A DNA stretch of 64,000 bases from Candidatus Dormiibacterota bacterium (GCA_036844485.1 DAIUFS010000001.1:18068-82067); one strand, 5' to 3'. Numbered from the stretch's first letter, positions 52,363 through 63,064 are shown. Notes: generated from the letters alone by a model not told the origin. Numbers and translations are program-made.

Positions 52363-53496
52363 GTGGATCTGAGCCTCTCCCCATCGGAGCTGCACTTCCG
52401 CGACGAGGTGCGCGGGTGGCTCTCAGAGCACCGTCCCGGGCCCGAGCCCGAGGGTACCGAGGAGATCGTGGATTTCCGGCTGCGCTGGCAGCGCACCCTC
52501 TTCGACGCCGGATACGTCGGCATCGCCTGGCCGCGCCAGCACGGCGGCCGTGGCGCCACCCTCATGGAGCAGGCCATCTTCAACGAGGAGCTGGTGCGCG
52601 CCAAGGCGCCGCCCCCGGCCAACATCATCGGGCTGGTCATGGGTGGCCCGGTGGTCATCACCCACGGCAGCGACGAGCAGCGGGCGCGCTTTCTCGCCCC
52701 CATCCTCAACGGCGACGAGGTGTGGTGCCAGGGCTTCAGCGAGCCCAACGCGGGCAGTGACCTGGCGGCGCTGACCACCCGCGCGGAGCGGGTCGACGGC
52801 GGCTGGAAGGTCAACGGACAGAAGGTGTGGACCTCGTTCGCGCACCGCGCCACGTGGTGCATGCTCCTGGCCAGAACCGGTGGTGAAGAGCGCCATCGCA
52901 ACCTCACCTACTTCATCTGCAACATGAAGCAACCCGGAGTCGAGGTGCGCCCGCTGCGCCAGGCCACCGGCGATTCGGAATTCAACGAGATCTTCTTCAA
53001 CGATGCCATCGTGTCCGACGGGGACAGGGTGGGCGCCGTCGGCGAGGGGTGGAGGGTGGCCATCACCACGCTGATGTTTGAACGCGCCGGGTTGAGCGCG
53101 GCTTCCGCGCTGGCCATCCAGATGCAGCTCGACGAGCTGGCCGCGCTGATCCGCGAGCGTGGCCGCCAGGAGGACCCGGTTCTGCGCCGCCGGCTCAGCG
53201 GGCTGATCGTCGAGACCGAGACGATGCGCCTCAACGGATATCGCGGGCTCTCGCGCGTCATCGAGCGCGGTGTGCCCGGTCCGGAAGGCTCGCTGGCCAA
53301 GATCCAGTGGGCAGACATCAATCAGCGCCTCGGCGAGCTCGCTCTCGACGTCCTCGGTGCCGACAGCCTGGTCGCCGATCCCGTGTGGACGCGACGGATG
53401 CTGCGTGCGCGGGCCAACTCCATCGAGGGCGGCACCTCCGAGATCCAGCGCAACATCATCGCGGAGCGCGTGCTCGAACTTCCCCGGATGCGCTGA
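52363..53496 (+). CDS. Acyl-CoA dehydrogenase
   Basis: ACAD N, middle and C domains with the C-terminal GGTSEIQRNIIAERVL. Confidence 0.85.
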   Translation: MDLSLSPSELHFRDEVRGWLSEHRPGPEPEGTEEIVDFRLRWQRTLFDAGYVGIAWPRQHGGRGATLMEQAIFNEELVRAKAPPPANIIGLVMGGPVVITHGSDEQRARFLAPILNGDEVWCQGFSEPNAGSDLAALTTRAERVDGGWKVNGQKVWTSFAHRATWCMLLARTGGEERHRNLTYFICNMKQPGVEVRPLRQATGDSEFNEIFFNDAIVSDGDRVGAVGEGWRVAITTLMFERAGLSAASALAIQMQLDELAALIRERGRQEDPVLRRRLSGLIVETETMRLNGYRGLSRVIERGVPGPEGSLAKIQWADINQRLGELALDVLGADSLVADPVWTRRMLRARANSIEGGTSEIQRNIIAERVLELPRMR

Positions 53497-53505
53497 GAGC
53501 AGGCC

Positions 53506-54528
53506 ATGCGATTCGATCTCAGTGACGATCAGCGCGCGGTGCGCGACGCCATCGATGAGCTGTGCCGGGCTCGCTGGGATGCGGCGGCGGTGCGGCGCCG
53601 CCTCGCCGGCGAGGACGACGGTTCCAAGCTGTGGAGCGAGCTCGCCACCGCAGGGTGGACGGGCGCGGCGGTGGACGAGGGATACGGTGGCCAGGGCCTG
53701 GGAACTGTCGAGCTTGCCCTGGTATGCGAGGGACTCGGTCGAGCCCTGGCCCCGGGGACCTTTTTCGGCAACACCGCCGCCGCTGTGGTGGTGCAGACAG
53801 CCGGTGACGAGCAGCAGCGGCAGCGCTGGCTGCCCGGATTCGCGAGCGGCGCGACGCGTGGTGCCATCGCCATGCTGCAGCCTGACGGCAGCGCGCTGGC
53901 GCTCGACGCCGACGGCTCGGCGGCGGTGGTGCTGGTGGAGCCGGGCCGGGCCATGATCGCCGGCTCGGAATCGTGCAGCTTCGAACCCCTGGACGGCGTC
54001 GACCTGACTCGCCGGCTCACGCGCGTGCTCGTCACGGAGGCGGAGACGTTGCCCGGCGACACCGGTCCCGCCCTCGACCGACTCGAAGTGGCGCTGAGCG
54101 CCGAGCTCGTCGGCATCGCGCAACGCGCGCTCGACCTGGCGATCGAGCACGCCCGCACCAGGCAGCAGTTCGGCCGGCCCATCGGCGCCTACCAGGCGGT
54201 CTCGCATCGCTGCGCGGACATGCTGCTCGACGTCGAGAGCGCGCGATCCGCCGTGCTCTGCGCGGCCTGGACGGCGGATCACGACCCGGCCGCCCTTCCC
54301 TTCGCGTCGTCGGTTGCCAAGGTTGCCGCGGCCCAGGGCGCCTGGCGGGTGACCGCGTCGTCGCTGCAGGTGCACGGAGGCATCGGCTTCACCTGGGAGC
54401 ACGACTGCCACCTGCTCCTCCGCCGGGCGGCGTCGTCGGGCCGGCTGCTCGGTGGCGTCGACTTCCACCTCGATCGAGTGTCGGAGCTGCGCGGCCTCGG
54501 CGCGAAGTCGACGACGGTCAGCGCGTAG
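53506..54528 (+). CDS. Acyl-CoA dehydrogenase family protein
   Basis: ACAD C-terminal motifs QFGRPIGAYQAV and HGGIGFTWEHD. Confidence 0.75.
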   Translation: MRFDLSDDQRAVRDAIDELCRARWDAAAVRRRLAGEDDGSKLWSELATAGWTGAAVDEGYGGQGLGTVELALVCEGLGRALAPGTFFGNTAAAVVVQTAGDEQQRQRWLPGFASGATRGAIAMLQPDGSALALDADGSAAVVLVEPGRAMIAGSESCSFEPLDGVDLTRRLTRVLVTEAETLPGDTGPALDRLEVALSAELVGIAQRALDLAIEHARTRQQFGRPIGAYQAVSHRCADMLLDVESARSAVLCAAWTADHDPAALPFASSVAKVAAAQGAWRVTASSLQVHGGIGFTWEHDCHLLLRRAASSGRLLGGVDFHLDRVSELRGLGAKSTTVSA

Positions 54529-55555
54529 CGGCCGCCGTGGCCGCATCGACAGGACTGCGCACAAAGACCGGTTTGCGTCGCAGTTCGGGCAGCGCGCTCG
54601 GGAGCATCTCCCAATCGAGGACGTCGGAGACCACCGCGCGCGGATTGACGGCCCCCGTTGTGGCCAGCAGCAACGCCTGGGGAATGTGGGCGCGCGTGCT
54701 GTCTCGACCGAGGTGGAGGGTGAGGCCGGACATGTACATCTCGAACAGTGGCAGCTCGCCCCGTCGGAAATGATTTCCGGCACTCTCACAGACGCCCTCA
54801 GGCACGAGTGACAGGCACGCCGTGGCCAGGTCCGCAACCCGTCCGGTCGCCTCCACGGCCAGATCGAATCCGTGCCGCACCGGTTCCGTCGAGTCGGTGG
54901 TCTCAGCACCGTAGCTCTCCGCGATGGCGCGTCGTCCGGCGTCGGGGTCGACGTAGAGCCGCCGCGACGCACCCAGCGCTCCCGCGATGTCGCACGCGTA
55001 CAGTCCGATGTTCCCGCGACTCATGATCAGCACAGTTCCTCCAGGGCGTGCCTGGAGGGGCTGTGCCACCATGGCCCACGCCAGTGACCAGTTGTCGCCC
55101 GCCGAGGCGAGAGCGATGGGGTCGAGACCAGCGGGCAGCGGCACCAGCATCGCATCTGCGAAGGGGACGCGGACCAGGTCGGAGAACAGACCGCCCCACT
55201 CACCCCCGAGCGGCGCGCCGAACATGGCCAGCTCGGCAACCGTCCGGCAATGGGCGTACAACCCGGCGGCGCAGCGGTCGCAGTGACCGCAGGAGATGTG
55301 CCAGGGCACGACCACGAGGTCGCCCGCGGCGACATGGGTGATGGCATCGCCCACCTCCACCACCTCCGCGATGCACTCGTGACCGAGTGCGAAGGGGGGC
55401 GGCAGCGGCGATCGGCCGAGCAGGATGACCAGGTCGACGTCACACGTGGTGGCCGCCACCGGCCTGACGATGGCGTCGACCGCCGATTGCAGACGTGGGT
55501 CGGGGGCCGCCGTCCATTCCACAGTCCGCCGGGCCACGAAGGTCAGCTGGCGCAT
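54518..55555 (-). CDS. Zinc-binding medium-chain alcohol dehydrogenase
   Basis: GHECIAEVVEVG and Cys cluster HISCGHCDRCAAG. Start at MRQLTF, 2 nt after the upstream TAA. Confidence 0.8.
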   Translation of the reverse strand: MRQLTFVARRTVEWTAAPDPRLQSAVDAIVRPVAATTCDVDLVILLGRSPLPPPFALGHECIAEVVEVGDAITHVAAGDLVVVPWHISCGHCDRCAAGLYAHCRTVAELAMFGAPLGGEWGGLFSDLVRVPFADAMLVPLPAGLDPIALASAGDNWSLAWAMVAQPLQARPGGTVLIMSRGNIGLYACDIAGALGASRRLYVDPDAGRRAIAESYGAETTDSTEPVRHGFDLAVEATGRVADLATACLSLVPEGVCESAGNHFRRGELPLFEMYMSGLTLHLGRDSTRAHIPQALLLATTGAVNPRAVVSDVLDWEMLPSALPELRRKPVFVRSPVDAATAAATR

Positions 55556-55559
55556 CGAG

Positions 55560-56461
55560 TTACTGCTGCTGCTGCTGCCAGTGCACGGCGACTCCGCGAT
55601 GCACTGTCTCCACCTGCTGGTGGGACATGCGAGTGACGCGCACCAGCACGTCGGGCCGGGCGCCCTCCGACGTCCCGTAGAAGAGCCCGCGATGCGGGGC
55701 CACATCGCTGTAATCGCGCCCGGCCGCGAGACGGAGGTGCTGCACGCCTGTGAACCCACCGTGGGTGGGGTCGAGTCCCACCCAGCGACCATCCGCGCCA
55801 CACACCTCCGCCCAGGCGTGGGACTGGCCTTCGATGAAGGTCTGGTCGCCGGCCGGGCCGAGGTAGCCGCTCACGTACCTGGCCGGCCAGCCGGCGCCGC
55901 GCACCATGGCCAGGAAGAGATGAGTGAAGTCCTGGCAGACCCCGGCGCCACCGGCGAGCAGATCGTCGATGCTCGACTCCACGGTCGTCGCCCCGGTGAC
56001 GTAGCGGAGCTCCTCGGGGATGCGCTGCGCGGTCGCGAGCACGGCGTCGAAGCTGCTGTCGTCTCCGTTCCACTCGTTCCAGAGGTCGCGCGTGGTGGCC
56101 GTCAGCGGCACGCGACGGCTGGGGAGCACATATTCCAGGCGGGGGTCGCCGGCGAGAACCTCCGCCGACCACATCGGCAGACGTCGCCGCCGCGGCTCGC
56201 TGTTCTCCACCACGGCGTCGACGACGAACTCGAGCGCCTCGTGTGGGGTGGTGACGTCGACGCGGTGGACGTAGTTGCCGAAATAGTCGATGCGGCTGCG
56301 CGGCACGGCAGCTGGATTGGTCAACAGCGAGAAGGCGATGGTTCGCTGCGAGCCCCGGTCGCGCGGGCGCATGCGAACCTCGTTGTAGGAGAGCGCGACC
56401 GAATCGATGTAGCGCAGTGTGGTGTGGTGCCACACCGCGTACGTCAGCGACTCAGCACCCA
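55560..56461 (-). CDS. Transglutaminase-like family protein (Bact_transglu_N plus TGase core) with a C-terminal WQQQQQ tail
   Basis: Cys-His-Asp core GVCQDFTHLFLAMVRGAGWPARYVSGY...HAWAEV...DPTH. Confidence 0.8.
55563..55577 (-). repeat. (CAG)5 trinucleotide repeat encoding the terminal Gln5 of the TGase-like protein, 5 nt upstream of the ADH start codon
   Basis: Seen in sequence as ctgctgctgctgctg on the plus strand. Confidence 0.7.
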
Positions 56462-57874
56462 TGTGTCCTTGCTGCCTCCGCCCTGTGACGAGTTGACCAC
56501 CAGCTGATCGGGGTTGGCGGCTACCCGGGTGAGCCCACCCGGGGATATCCATGGTCGTTCATCGAGCAGCACGAAGGGGCGCAGGTCGACCGCTCTGCCT
56601 TCGAGACCACCGTCGGCGTCCATGCAGATGGCCCTGCTCAGCTCCACCTCCTCCTGCGCCAGCCACTGCCGCGGAGCCGCGTCGATCCTGGCGATCAGCT
56701 CGGCGCGTTCGACTGCCCCGACGAGGCGGCCGAAGTGGATGTCGTAGCCGCCACTGGCGTCCACCGGCTTCAGCACCATCTTGTCGAAGTGAGCGACGAC
56801 GTGGGCGCGCTGCACGGGGTCACCGAGATCGAAGGTGGCGACGTTCTCCATCAACGGCTCCTCACCCAGGTAGTAGCGAATCATGGCCGGGACATACGGG
56901 TAGATGGCCTTGTCGTCGGCCACGCCGGTTCCCGGGGCATTGGCGATGGCCACATTGCCGCGGCGCCACGCCTCGATGATCCCCGGCGCGCCGAGCATCG
57001 ACTCGCTGCGGAAGACGAGCGGGTCGAGCCAGTCGCTGTTGACGCGCGAGTAGATGACGTCGACACGGTGGACGCCGCCCTCACCGTCCCGCCGGTACAC
57101 CTCGTCCTCGGAGACGATGAGGTCGTTTCCTTCGACCAGCGTTGCCCCCATCTCTTCCGCAAGCAGCTTGTGCTCGTAGTACGCGGCGTTGTACGAGCCC
57201 GGTGTGAGCAGGGCGATCGCAGCCTCCCAAGGCCGTGGTGCGATCCTCTGCAGGATGCGCCGCAGCCGGGTCGTGTACTCATCGATGCGCCGCACCGCGC
57301 TGCTGGCGAACCATTCCGGTGCCAGCTTCTCCATGGCCCGGCGCGCCTCCAGCGCGTAGGCGACTCCACTGGGGACGCGAACGTTGTCCTCGAGCACGCA
57401 GAAGGCCCCCTGCACCCGAACCACGTCGATCCCGGAGACATGGCACCAGGTGGATCGGGGCGGCCGCACCCCGACGATGTCGCGCAGGTATCCGGTGCTG
57501 CTGTACACCAACCGTCCGGGAACGACCCCGTCGCGGAGAGCGCGCTGCGCCCCATAGCAATCGGACACGAAGTGGTCGAGCGCCACCGCTCGCTGGGAGA
57601 GAGCCCGGTGGATGCTGCGCCACTCCGAGGCGCCGATCACCCGAGGGATGGGGTCGAAGGGAAAGATCGGCGCCACTCCCTCCTCGGGGACGCCGAAGGT
57701 CACTCCACGGGTGGCGAACCAGTCTTGTGCGCCGCGCCTAAGTTTGGGTAGCTCTCTCTGCATGCGGGTCACAGCCCCGAGCAGCTCGACGTACGGGCCG
57801 CGCGCGACGCCGTCGATGCCGACGCATTCGTCAGCGTCCACCGGAAGGTACGACGACGGCTCGGTCTTCGCCAT
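56444..57874 (-). CDS. Circularly permuted ATP-grasp (type 2) protein
   Basis: Family-typical length and motifs. Start at MAKTEPSSYLP; the 190-aa prefix of ORF 56444..58450 is judged spurious. It overlaps the TGase gene start by 18 bp. Confidence 0.7.
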   Translation of the reverse strand: MAKTEPSSYLPVDADECVGIDGVARGPYVELLGAVTRMQRELPKLRRGAQDWFATRGVTFGVPEEGVAPIFPFDPIPRVIGASEWRSIHRALSQRAVALDHFVSDCYGAQRALRDGVVPGRLVYSSTGYLRDIVGVRPPRSTWCHVSGIDVVRVQGAFCVLEDNVRVPSGVAYALEARRAMEKLAPEWFASSAVRRIDEYTTRLRRILQRIAPRPWEAAIALLTPGSYNAAYYEHKLLAEEMGATLVEGNDLIVSEDEVYRRDGEGGVHRVDVIYSRVNSDWLDPLVFRSESMLGAPGIIEAWRRGNVAIANAPGTGVADDKAIYPYVPAMIRYYLGEEPLMENVATFDLGDPVQRAHVVAHFDKMVLKPVDASGGYDIHFGRLVGAVERAELIARIDAAPRQWLAQEEVELSRAICMDADGGLEGRAVDLRPFVLLDERPWISPGGLTRVAANPDQLVVNSSQGGGSKDTWVLSR

Positions 57875-57913
57875 TTGTGCATGCAGACTACTCTCCGGCG
57901 CTAGACTGCGAGC

Positions 57914-58792
57914 GTGTCGGAGGAATCCAGCAGCTGGCTGCGAGTCGGTTGCGAGTTCGTCCACGAGCTCAACTGGCCGGTGGCGCTCACCCTCCAGGTG
58001 GAGCCGCGCACCGATGCGGTCCTTGCTGTCCGCGAAGCTCAGCTGGAGACGGAGCCCGACGTGCCCGTGCGTCGCCACCTCGACCTCTATGGCAATGTCT
58101 GTCGCCGTCTGACGCTCGGCCCCGGTCGCACCCGCATCCGCTACGAGGCGGAGGTGGAGGTGGACGCTGCGGTGGACGACGCCGATGGCGACGCCGCGCA
58201 GGCGCCCATCGCCGACCTTCCCGACGACGTCCTGCACTTCACCCTGGCCAGCCGATACTGCGACTCCGACCGGCTCTCCAACACGGCCTGGGCACTGTTC
58301 GGCGGTGTGCCGGAGGGATGGACGCGGGTGCAGGCGGTCGTCGACTGGGTGCACGACAACATTGCCTTCACGATGGGCAGCAGCAACACGGCAACCGGCG
58401 CCAGTGACGTCTACATCGAGCGGCGCGGGGTGTGCCGGGACTTCGCCCACCTGGCCGTTGCCTTCCTGCGCGGGCTCAACGTCCCGGCCCGGTACTGTTT
58501 TGGATACCTGCCCGACATCGACGTCCCCGTCGCCCCCGAGCCCATGGACTTCGCCGCCTGGCTGGAGGCGTATGTCGGGGGCCGCTGGTACACGTTCGAC
58601 CCGCGCAACAATGCGCGCCGGACGGGCCGTGTGGTGATCGGGCGCGGCCGCGACGCGCTCGACGTGGCCATGATGACCACCTACGGACGCGCCCCCCTGG
58701 TCGCGATGCGCGTGGCCGCCGAACCGGTGACCGCGCAGCTGTGGTCGAGCGCGCAGCCGCCGGTGTGCGGCGACTTCGGAGCAGCGTCATGA
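57914..58792 (+). CDS. Transglutaminase-like family protein
   Basis: Core GVCRDFAHLAVAFLRGLNVPARYCFGY. Confidence 0.8.
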   Translation: MSEESSSWLRVGCEFVHELNWPVALTLQVEPRTDAVLAVREAQLETEPDVPVRRHLDLYGNVCRRLTLGPGRTRIRYEAEVEVDAAVDDADGDAAQAPIADLPDDVLHFTLASRYCDSDRLSNTAWALFGGVPEGWTRVQAVVDWVHDNIAFTMGSSNTATGASDVYIERRGVCRDFAHLAVAFLRGLNVPARYCFGYLPDIDVPVAPEPMDFAAWLEAYVGGRWYTFDPRNNARRTGRVVIGRGRDALDVAMMTTYGRAPLVAMRVAAEPVTAQLWSSAQPPVCGDFGAAS

Positions 58793-59733
58793 GGCTTCCG
58801 CTCGGCGACGATGCCGGCGGTATCGAGGAAGGCGACGAAGCCGCCGGCGTCGACGCCGCCGCGGTCGACTGGACACGGGTGCGGCGCAGCGCCTACGTGA
58901 TCCACCAACGCATCACGTACACATACGCGGGCCCGGTGCGGCACCTCCATCAGCGGCTGATGGTGCAGCCACGTGAGCATCACGGCGACCAGCGCCGTGT
59001 GTCACGCAGTGTGCAGATCGTCGATGCCACTCCCAAGAGCATTCGCGCGGCTGCCGACGAGTTCGGCAACCACGTCGTCGCCATCGACGTTCCCTACGTC
59101 GCCGAACAGGTGACATTCATCTCCTGGAGCGTGGTCGAGCGCAGCAGCGATCATCCCCACCTGGCGGCGGGCGCTCTGCTCCACGACCGCCGCCTGCTCG
59201 ATCCCACCGAGCTGACCGCCCCCGAGGGCGACCTGGCCGGGTTGATCCGCGAGCTCGGCGACGCGGGTCTCTCCGGGGAGGATCTGGCCGTCGCGGCATG
59301 CCGGCGGGTCTTCGAGGTGATGGCGTACGCGCATGACGTCACCTCGGTGCGCACCACCGCTGCCGAGGCATACGCCAAGCGCACCGGCGTGTGCCAGGAC
59401 TTCGCCCATGTGCTCCTGGCGGTAATGCGCGGGCTCGGTCTGCCGTCGCGGTACGTGTCCGGCCAGTTGCTCGGCAGCGGTGGTTCTCACGCCTGGGTGG
59501 AGGTCCTGGTGCCGGACGGGGAGGGGCACGCCCGCGTGCTGGCTCTCGATCCCACCCACGGACGTGGCGCCGGAATGACCTACGTCACCATCGCCGTCGG
59601 GCGCGATTACGCCGACATCGCGCCGGTGTCGGGCAGCTATGTGGCATCGCACTCCGGGGTGCTGACGATGCGCAAGCGCGTCTCGGTGATGCGCATCGAA
59701 GCCCTCGCGGACGAGCAGAGGCTGGCCGGCTAA
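58789..59733 (+). CDS. Transglutaminase-like family protein
   Basis: Core GVCQDFAHVLLAVMRGLGLPSRYVSGQ...SHAWVEV...DPTHG. There is a 4-bp ATGA overlap with the upstream paralogue. Confidence 0.75.
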   Translation: MRLPLGDDAGGIEEGDEAAGVDAAAVDWTRVRRSAYVIHQRITYTYAGPVRHLHQRLMVQPREHHGDQRRVSRSVQIVDATPKSIRAAADEFGNHVVAIDVPYVAEQVTFISWSVVERSSDHPHLAAGALLHDRRLLDPTELTAPEGDLAGLIRELGDAGLSGEDLAVAACRRVFEVMAYAHDVTSVRTTAAEAYAKRTGVCQDFAHVLLAVMRGLGLPSRYVSGQLLGSGGSHAWVEVLVPDGEGHARVLALDPTHGRGAGMTYVTIAVGRDYADIAPVSGSYVASHSGVLTMRKRVSVMRIEALADEQRLAG

Positions 59734-61065
59734 CTACCCGAGCAGATCGCGCGCCACAGCGTCATACAGCTGCACCGTCAGGCGCAGCGACTCCTGGTCG
59801 ACGCGCTCGTCGTTGGCGTGGAACATGGCGCTGAACTGGGCGAGGGACATGGCCCGGCTGTACAGGGCCATGCCGTACGCCGGAATCCCCATCGCGCGAA
59901 AGAAGCGGGCATCGGTCCCACCCGCGGTGAGCGTGGGGATGCACGTCGCCTCCGGGTACACCGTCGTGGCGGCGTGCGTGATGGCATCCCAGAGTGGAGT
60001 GTCCACTCGCGATTCCGACGGGTCGTCGCGCTGCAGGATCTCGATGGTGACGTCGTTGCGCAATGGGCCGAGGGCGGTGTCGAAGAATTCCATCACGTCC
60101 TCATCGGTCTGTCCGGGAACCTTGCGGAGGTCGATCTCCAGGTCCACATGCCCGGGGATGACGTTGGTCTTCTCCCCGCCGTGGATGACATTGGGGCTGA
60201 CGGTGAGGTGGGTGAGCGCGTGGACCATGCCGGCCAGGCCCTCGGGCAGAGCGTCGATGCCCTCCCAGATTCGTGCCGGATCGACGAGCGCCGCCGCGAC
60301 CTCGGGCTCGAAGCCCATTCCCGCGACCCAACGGCGCCAGGAATCGGTGATGTGGGCGGCGGTGCGATATCCCGACAGCCGGGTCACCACCTCCGCCGCC
60401 TTGACCAGCGCGTTGTCGGAGCGCAGCGGCCGCGACCCATGGCCGGGTGTGCCGTGCACGGTCATCCGGCACCAGCAGATGCCCTTCTCACCCACGGTGA
60501 CGCCGATGCGCTCACCCGCCGGCGTGTGCTGCAGCACCCCGCCGTTCTCGGTGATCACATAGTCGCAGCGGATCGAGTCCGGCGCGTGCTCGGCAAGCCA
60601 CCCGGCCCCCAGCGCTCCGCCGGCCTCCTCGTCGGCGACGGCGAGGAAGAGCAGGGTGCCGCGAGGCCTGCGCCCAGAACCGGCGAGGCGTCGCGTCGCC
60701 ACCGCCATCGACGCGGTGAGGTTGAGCATGTCGATGGCGCCACGCCCCCACACCACCCCGTCGGCGAGCTCGCCGCCGAGCGGATCGCGCTGCCATCCCT
60801 CGGGGTCGACGGGCACCACATCGGTGTGCCCCATGAGCATCAGCGTGGGGGCGGTCGGGTCACTGCCCTCCAGCCGGACCAGCAGAGACGTGCGCCCCGG
60901 CAGCGACTCGAACGTCTCCATCTCGACGCCGCATCCGCGGAGGTGCTCGGCGAGCAGCTCCGCGTTGCGAATCTCCTGGCCGGAGCCCGGTGTGCCGTCG
61001 TTGATGCAGCCATTGCGGATCAGCCGCTGCAGCAGGTCGGTGACCTCGGCGGCACTCTCACTCAT
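59734..61065 (-). CDS. M20-family metallopeptidase (dipeptidase/deacylase)
   Basis: LMGHTDVVPV and GRGAIDMLNLTASM metal-ligand motifs. Confidence 0.8.
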   Translation of the reverse strand: MSESAAEVTDLLQRLIRNGCINDGTPGSGQEIRNAELLAEHLRGCGVEMETFESLPGRTSLLVRLEGSDPTAPTLMLMGHTDVVPVDPEGWQRDPLGGELADGVVWGRGAIDMLNLTASMAVATRRLAGSGRRPRGTLLFLAVADEEAGGALGAGWLAEHAPDSIRCDYVITENGGVLQHTPAGERIGVTVGEKGICWCRMTVHGTPGHGSRPLRSDNALVKAAEVVTRLSGYRTAAHITDSWRRWVAGMGFEPEVAAALVDPARIWEGIDALPEGLAGMVHALTHLTVSPNVIHGGEKTNVIPGHVDLEIDLRKVPGQTDEDVMEFFDTALGPLRNDVTIEILQRDDPSESRVDTPLWDAITHAATTVYPEATCIPTLTAGGTDARFFRAMGIPAYGMALYSRAMSLAQFSAMFHANDERVDQESLRLTVQLYDAVARDLLG

Positions 61066-61198
61066 CGGCGCTCGATGCTAGCTGAGTAGGCTGACCGCCC
61101 GGATTCGCCTCTACCGCGTGCGAAGATCGGCGGCCGGCCCATCCGGCCGAAACACCTCGTAGGGCGACGCAATCCCCAGGTCGGCGAGGATAGGTGCC

Positions 61199-63055
61199 AT
61201 GGCCGTCCCACCCGACGCCGCTCCGCGGCGCGCCGACCTGCGCAATGTCGCCATCGTGGCCCACGTCGACCACGGCAAGACCACGCTCGTCGACGCCCTG
61301 CTCAAGCAGTCGCGAGTCTTCGCCGCGCACGAGCAGGTGGGCGAGCTGATCATGGATTCCAACGATCTCGAGCGCGAGAAGGGCATCACCATCCTCGCCA
61401 AGACGACGTCGATCCGCTATCGGGGCGTCAAGCTCAACATCATCGACACGCCGGGGCACGCCGACTTCGGCGGTGAGGTGGAGCGCGTGCTCGGCATGGC
61501 GGACGGGTGCCTCCTGCTGGTCGACTCCGCCGAGGGCCCGATGCCGCAGACGCGCGTGGTGCTGCGCCAGGCGCTGGCTCTGGGACTGCGCCCGATCATC
61601 GTCGTCAACAAGATCGACAGGGTCAACGCCCGTCCCGCCGAGACAGTCGAGGCGACCCACGATCTCCTCCTCGAGCTGGCCACCGACTCCTCGCAGCTGG
61701 ATGCACCGGTGGTCTACACCAACGGACGCGCGGGCACCGCCACCACCGACCTGCATCGCGAGGGCACCACTCTCGAGCCACTGCTCGACACCATCCTCAG
61801 CCACGTTCCCCCTCCGCCCGCCGACCCCGACGCTCCGTTCCAGATGCTGGTCAGCAATCTTGACCACGACAACTACAGCGGCCGCCTGGCGTTGGGGCGC
61901 ATCAACAAGGGCGTGCTTCGGGTGGGCCAGACGGTGGTGTGCTGCACCGCCGACGGGATCGGACCGCGCCAGCGTATCGGCACCGTGATGACGGTGGAGG
62001 CGCTGCAGCGTGTGTCCGTCGACGAGGTCGCCGCCGGGGAGATCGTCTACATCACCGGCCTCGCCGACGTCGCCATCGGCGACACCGTGGCCGATGCCGA
62101 CAACCCCGTGCCCCTGCCCCGCCCCGAGGTGGGCGAGCCCACCCTGCGCATGCAGTTCTCCGTCAACCAATCGCCCATGGCCGGGCGCGAGGCAACCTTG
62201 AGCAGCACCTCCCGGCAGCTGCGCGCGCGACTCCATCGTGAGCTGCTCACCAATGTCGCGCTGCGCGTCGCCGACGGGCCCACCGCCGACATCTTCGAGG
62301 TCAGCGGCCGTGGCGAGCTCCACCTGGCGATCCTCATCGAGACCATGCGCCGCGAGGGATACGAGTTCGAGGTCTCCCGCCCGGCGGTGATCACCCGCGA
62401 GATCGACGGACACCGCTGCGAACCGGTGGAGGAGTGCATCATCGATTGCGACGCGGACGCCGTGGGTGCCATCACCGAGACGCTGGGATCGCGCGGTGCG
62501 CAGATGCAGTCGATGCGCACCGACGCCGCCGGCAGAGCCCGGCTCACCCACCATGCCCCGACGCGCGCGCTCATCGGTCTGCGCAGCCAGATCCTCACGC
62601 TGACCCGCGGGACAGGGGTGATGTCGACCCGTCTGCTCGGCTGGGAGCGGTGGCGCACCCTGCCTCCAACCAGCCGCAACGGCGTGCTCACCGCCAGCCA
62701 GCCGGGCACAGCGGTGGCCTACGGTCTGCTCGGCCTCCAAGAGCGTGGCCAGCCCTTCGTGGGCCCTGGCACCGCCGTGTACGAGGGCATGATCGTCGGC
62801 CTCAACCGCCGCCCGGGTGACATCCACCTCAACGTCACCAAGCAGAAGCAGAAGACCAACATCCGGTCCTCCACCGAGGATGCCACGGTGCGCCTGGTGC
62901 CGCCTCGGACCATGTCGCTCGAGGAGAGCCTCGACTTCATCGAGGACGACGAGCTCGTCGAGGTGACCCCCAAGGGGATCAGGCTGCGCAAGCGAATCCT
63001 CAATGCCGATCAGCGCAACAAGCTCCGCAAGCGCGACCAGGCGGCGGCGTTGTGA
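61199..63055 (+). CDS. typA: Translational GTPase TypA/BipA
   Basis: [31 protein letters not shown] and NKIDR G-motifs, plus the EF-G-like domains. Confidence 0.9.
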   Translation: MAVPPDAAPRRADLRNVAIVAHVDHGKTTLVDALLKQSRVFAAHEQVGELIMDSNDLEREKGITILAKTTSIRYRGVKLNIIDTPGHADFGGEVERVLGMADGCLLLVDSAEGPMPQTRVVLRQALALGLRPIIVVNKIDRVNARPAETVEATHDLLLELATDSSQLDAPVVYTNGRAGTATTDLHREGTTLEPLLDTILSHVPPPPADPDAPFQMLVSNLDHDNYSGRLALGRINKGVLRVGQTVVCCTADGIGPRQRIGTVMTVEALQRVSVDEVAAGEIVYITGLADVAIGDTVADADNPVPLPRPEVGEPTLRMQFSVNQSPMAGREATLSSTSRQLRARLHRELLTNVALRVADGPTADIFEVSGRGELHLAILIETMRREGYEFEVSRPAVITREIDGHRCEPVEECIIDCDADAVGAITETLGSRGAQMQSMRTDAAGRARLTHHAPTRALIGLRSQILTLTRGTGVMSTRLLGWERWRTLPPTSRNGVLTASQPGTAVAYGLLGLQERGQPFVGPGTAVYEGMIVGLNRRPGDIHLNVTKQKQKTNIRSSTEDATVRLVPPRTMSLEESLDFIEDDELVEVTPKGIRLRKRILNADQRNKLRKRDQAAAL

Positions 63056-63064
63056 GGCTGCTGC

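Noticed and set aside
57875-58450. 190-aa N-terminal prefix of ORF 56444..58450, upstream of the CP-ATP-grasp domain
   Set aside because: It overlaps the divergent TGase-like gene 57914..58792 on the other strand and is low-complexity. The ATP-grasp homology starts at MAKTEPSSYLP (57874).
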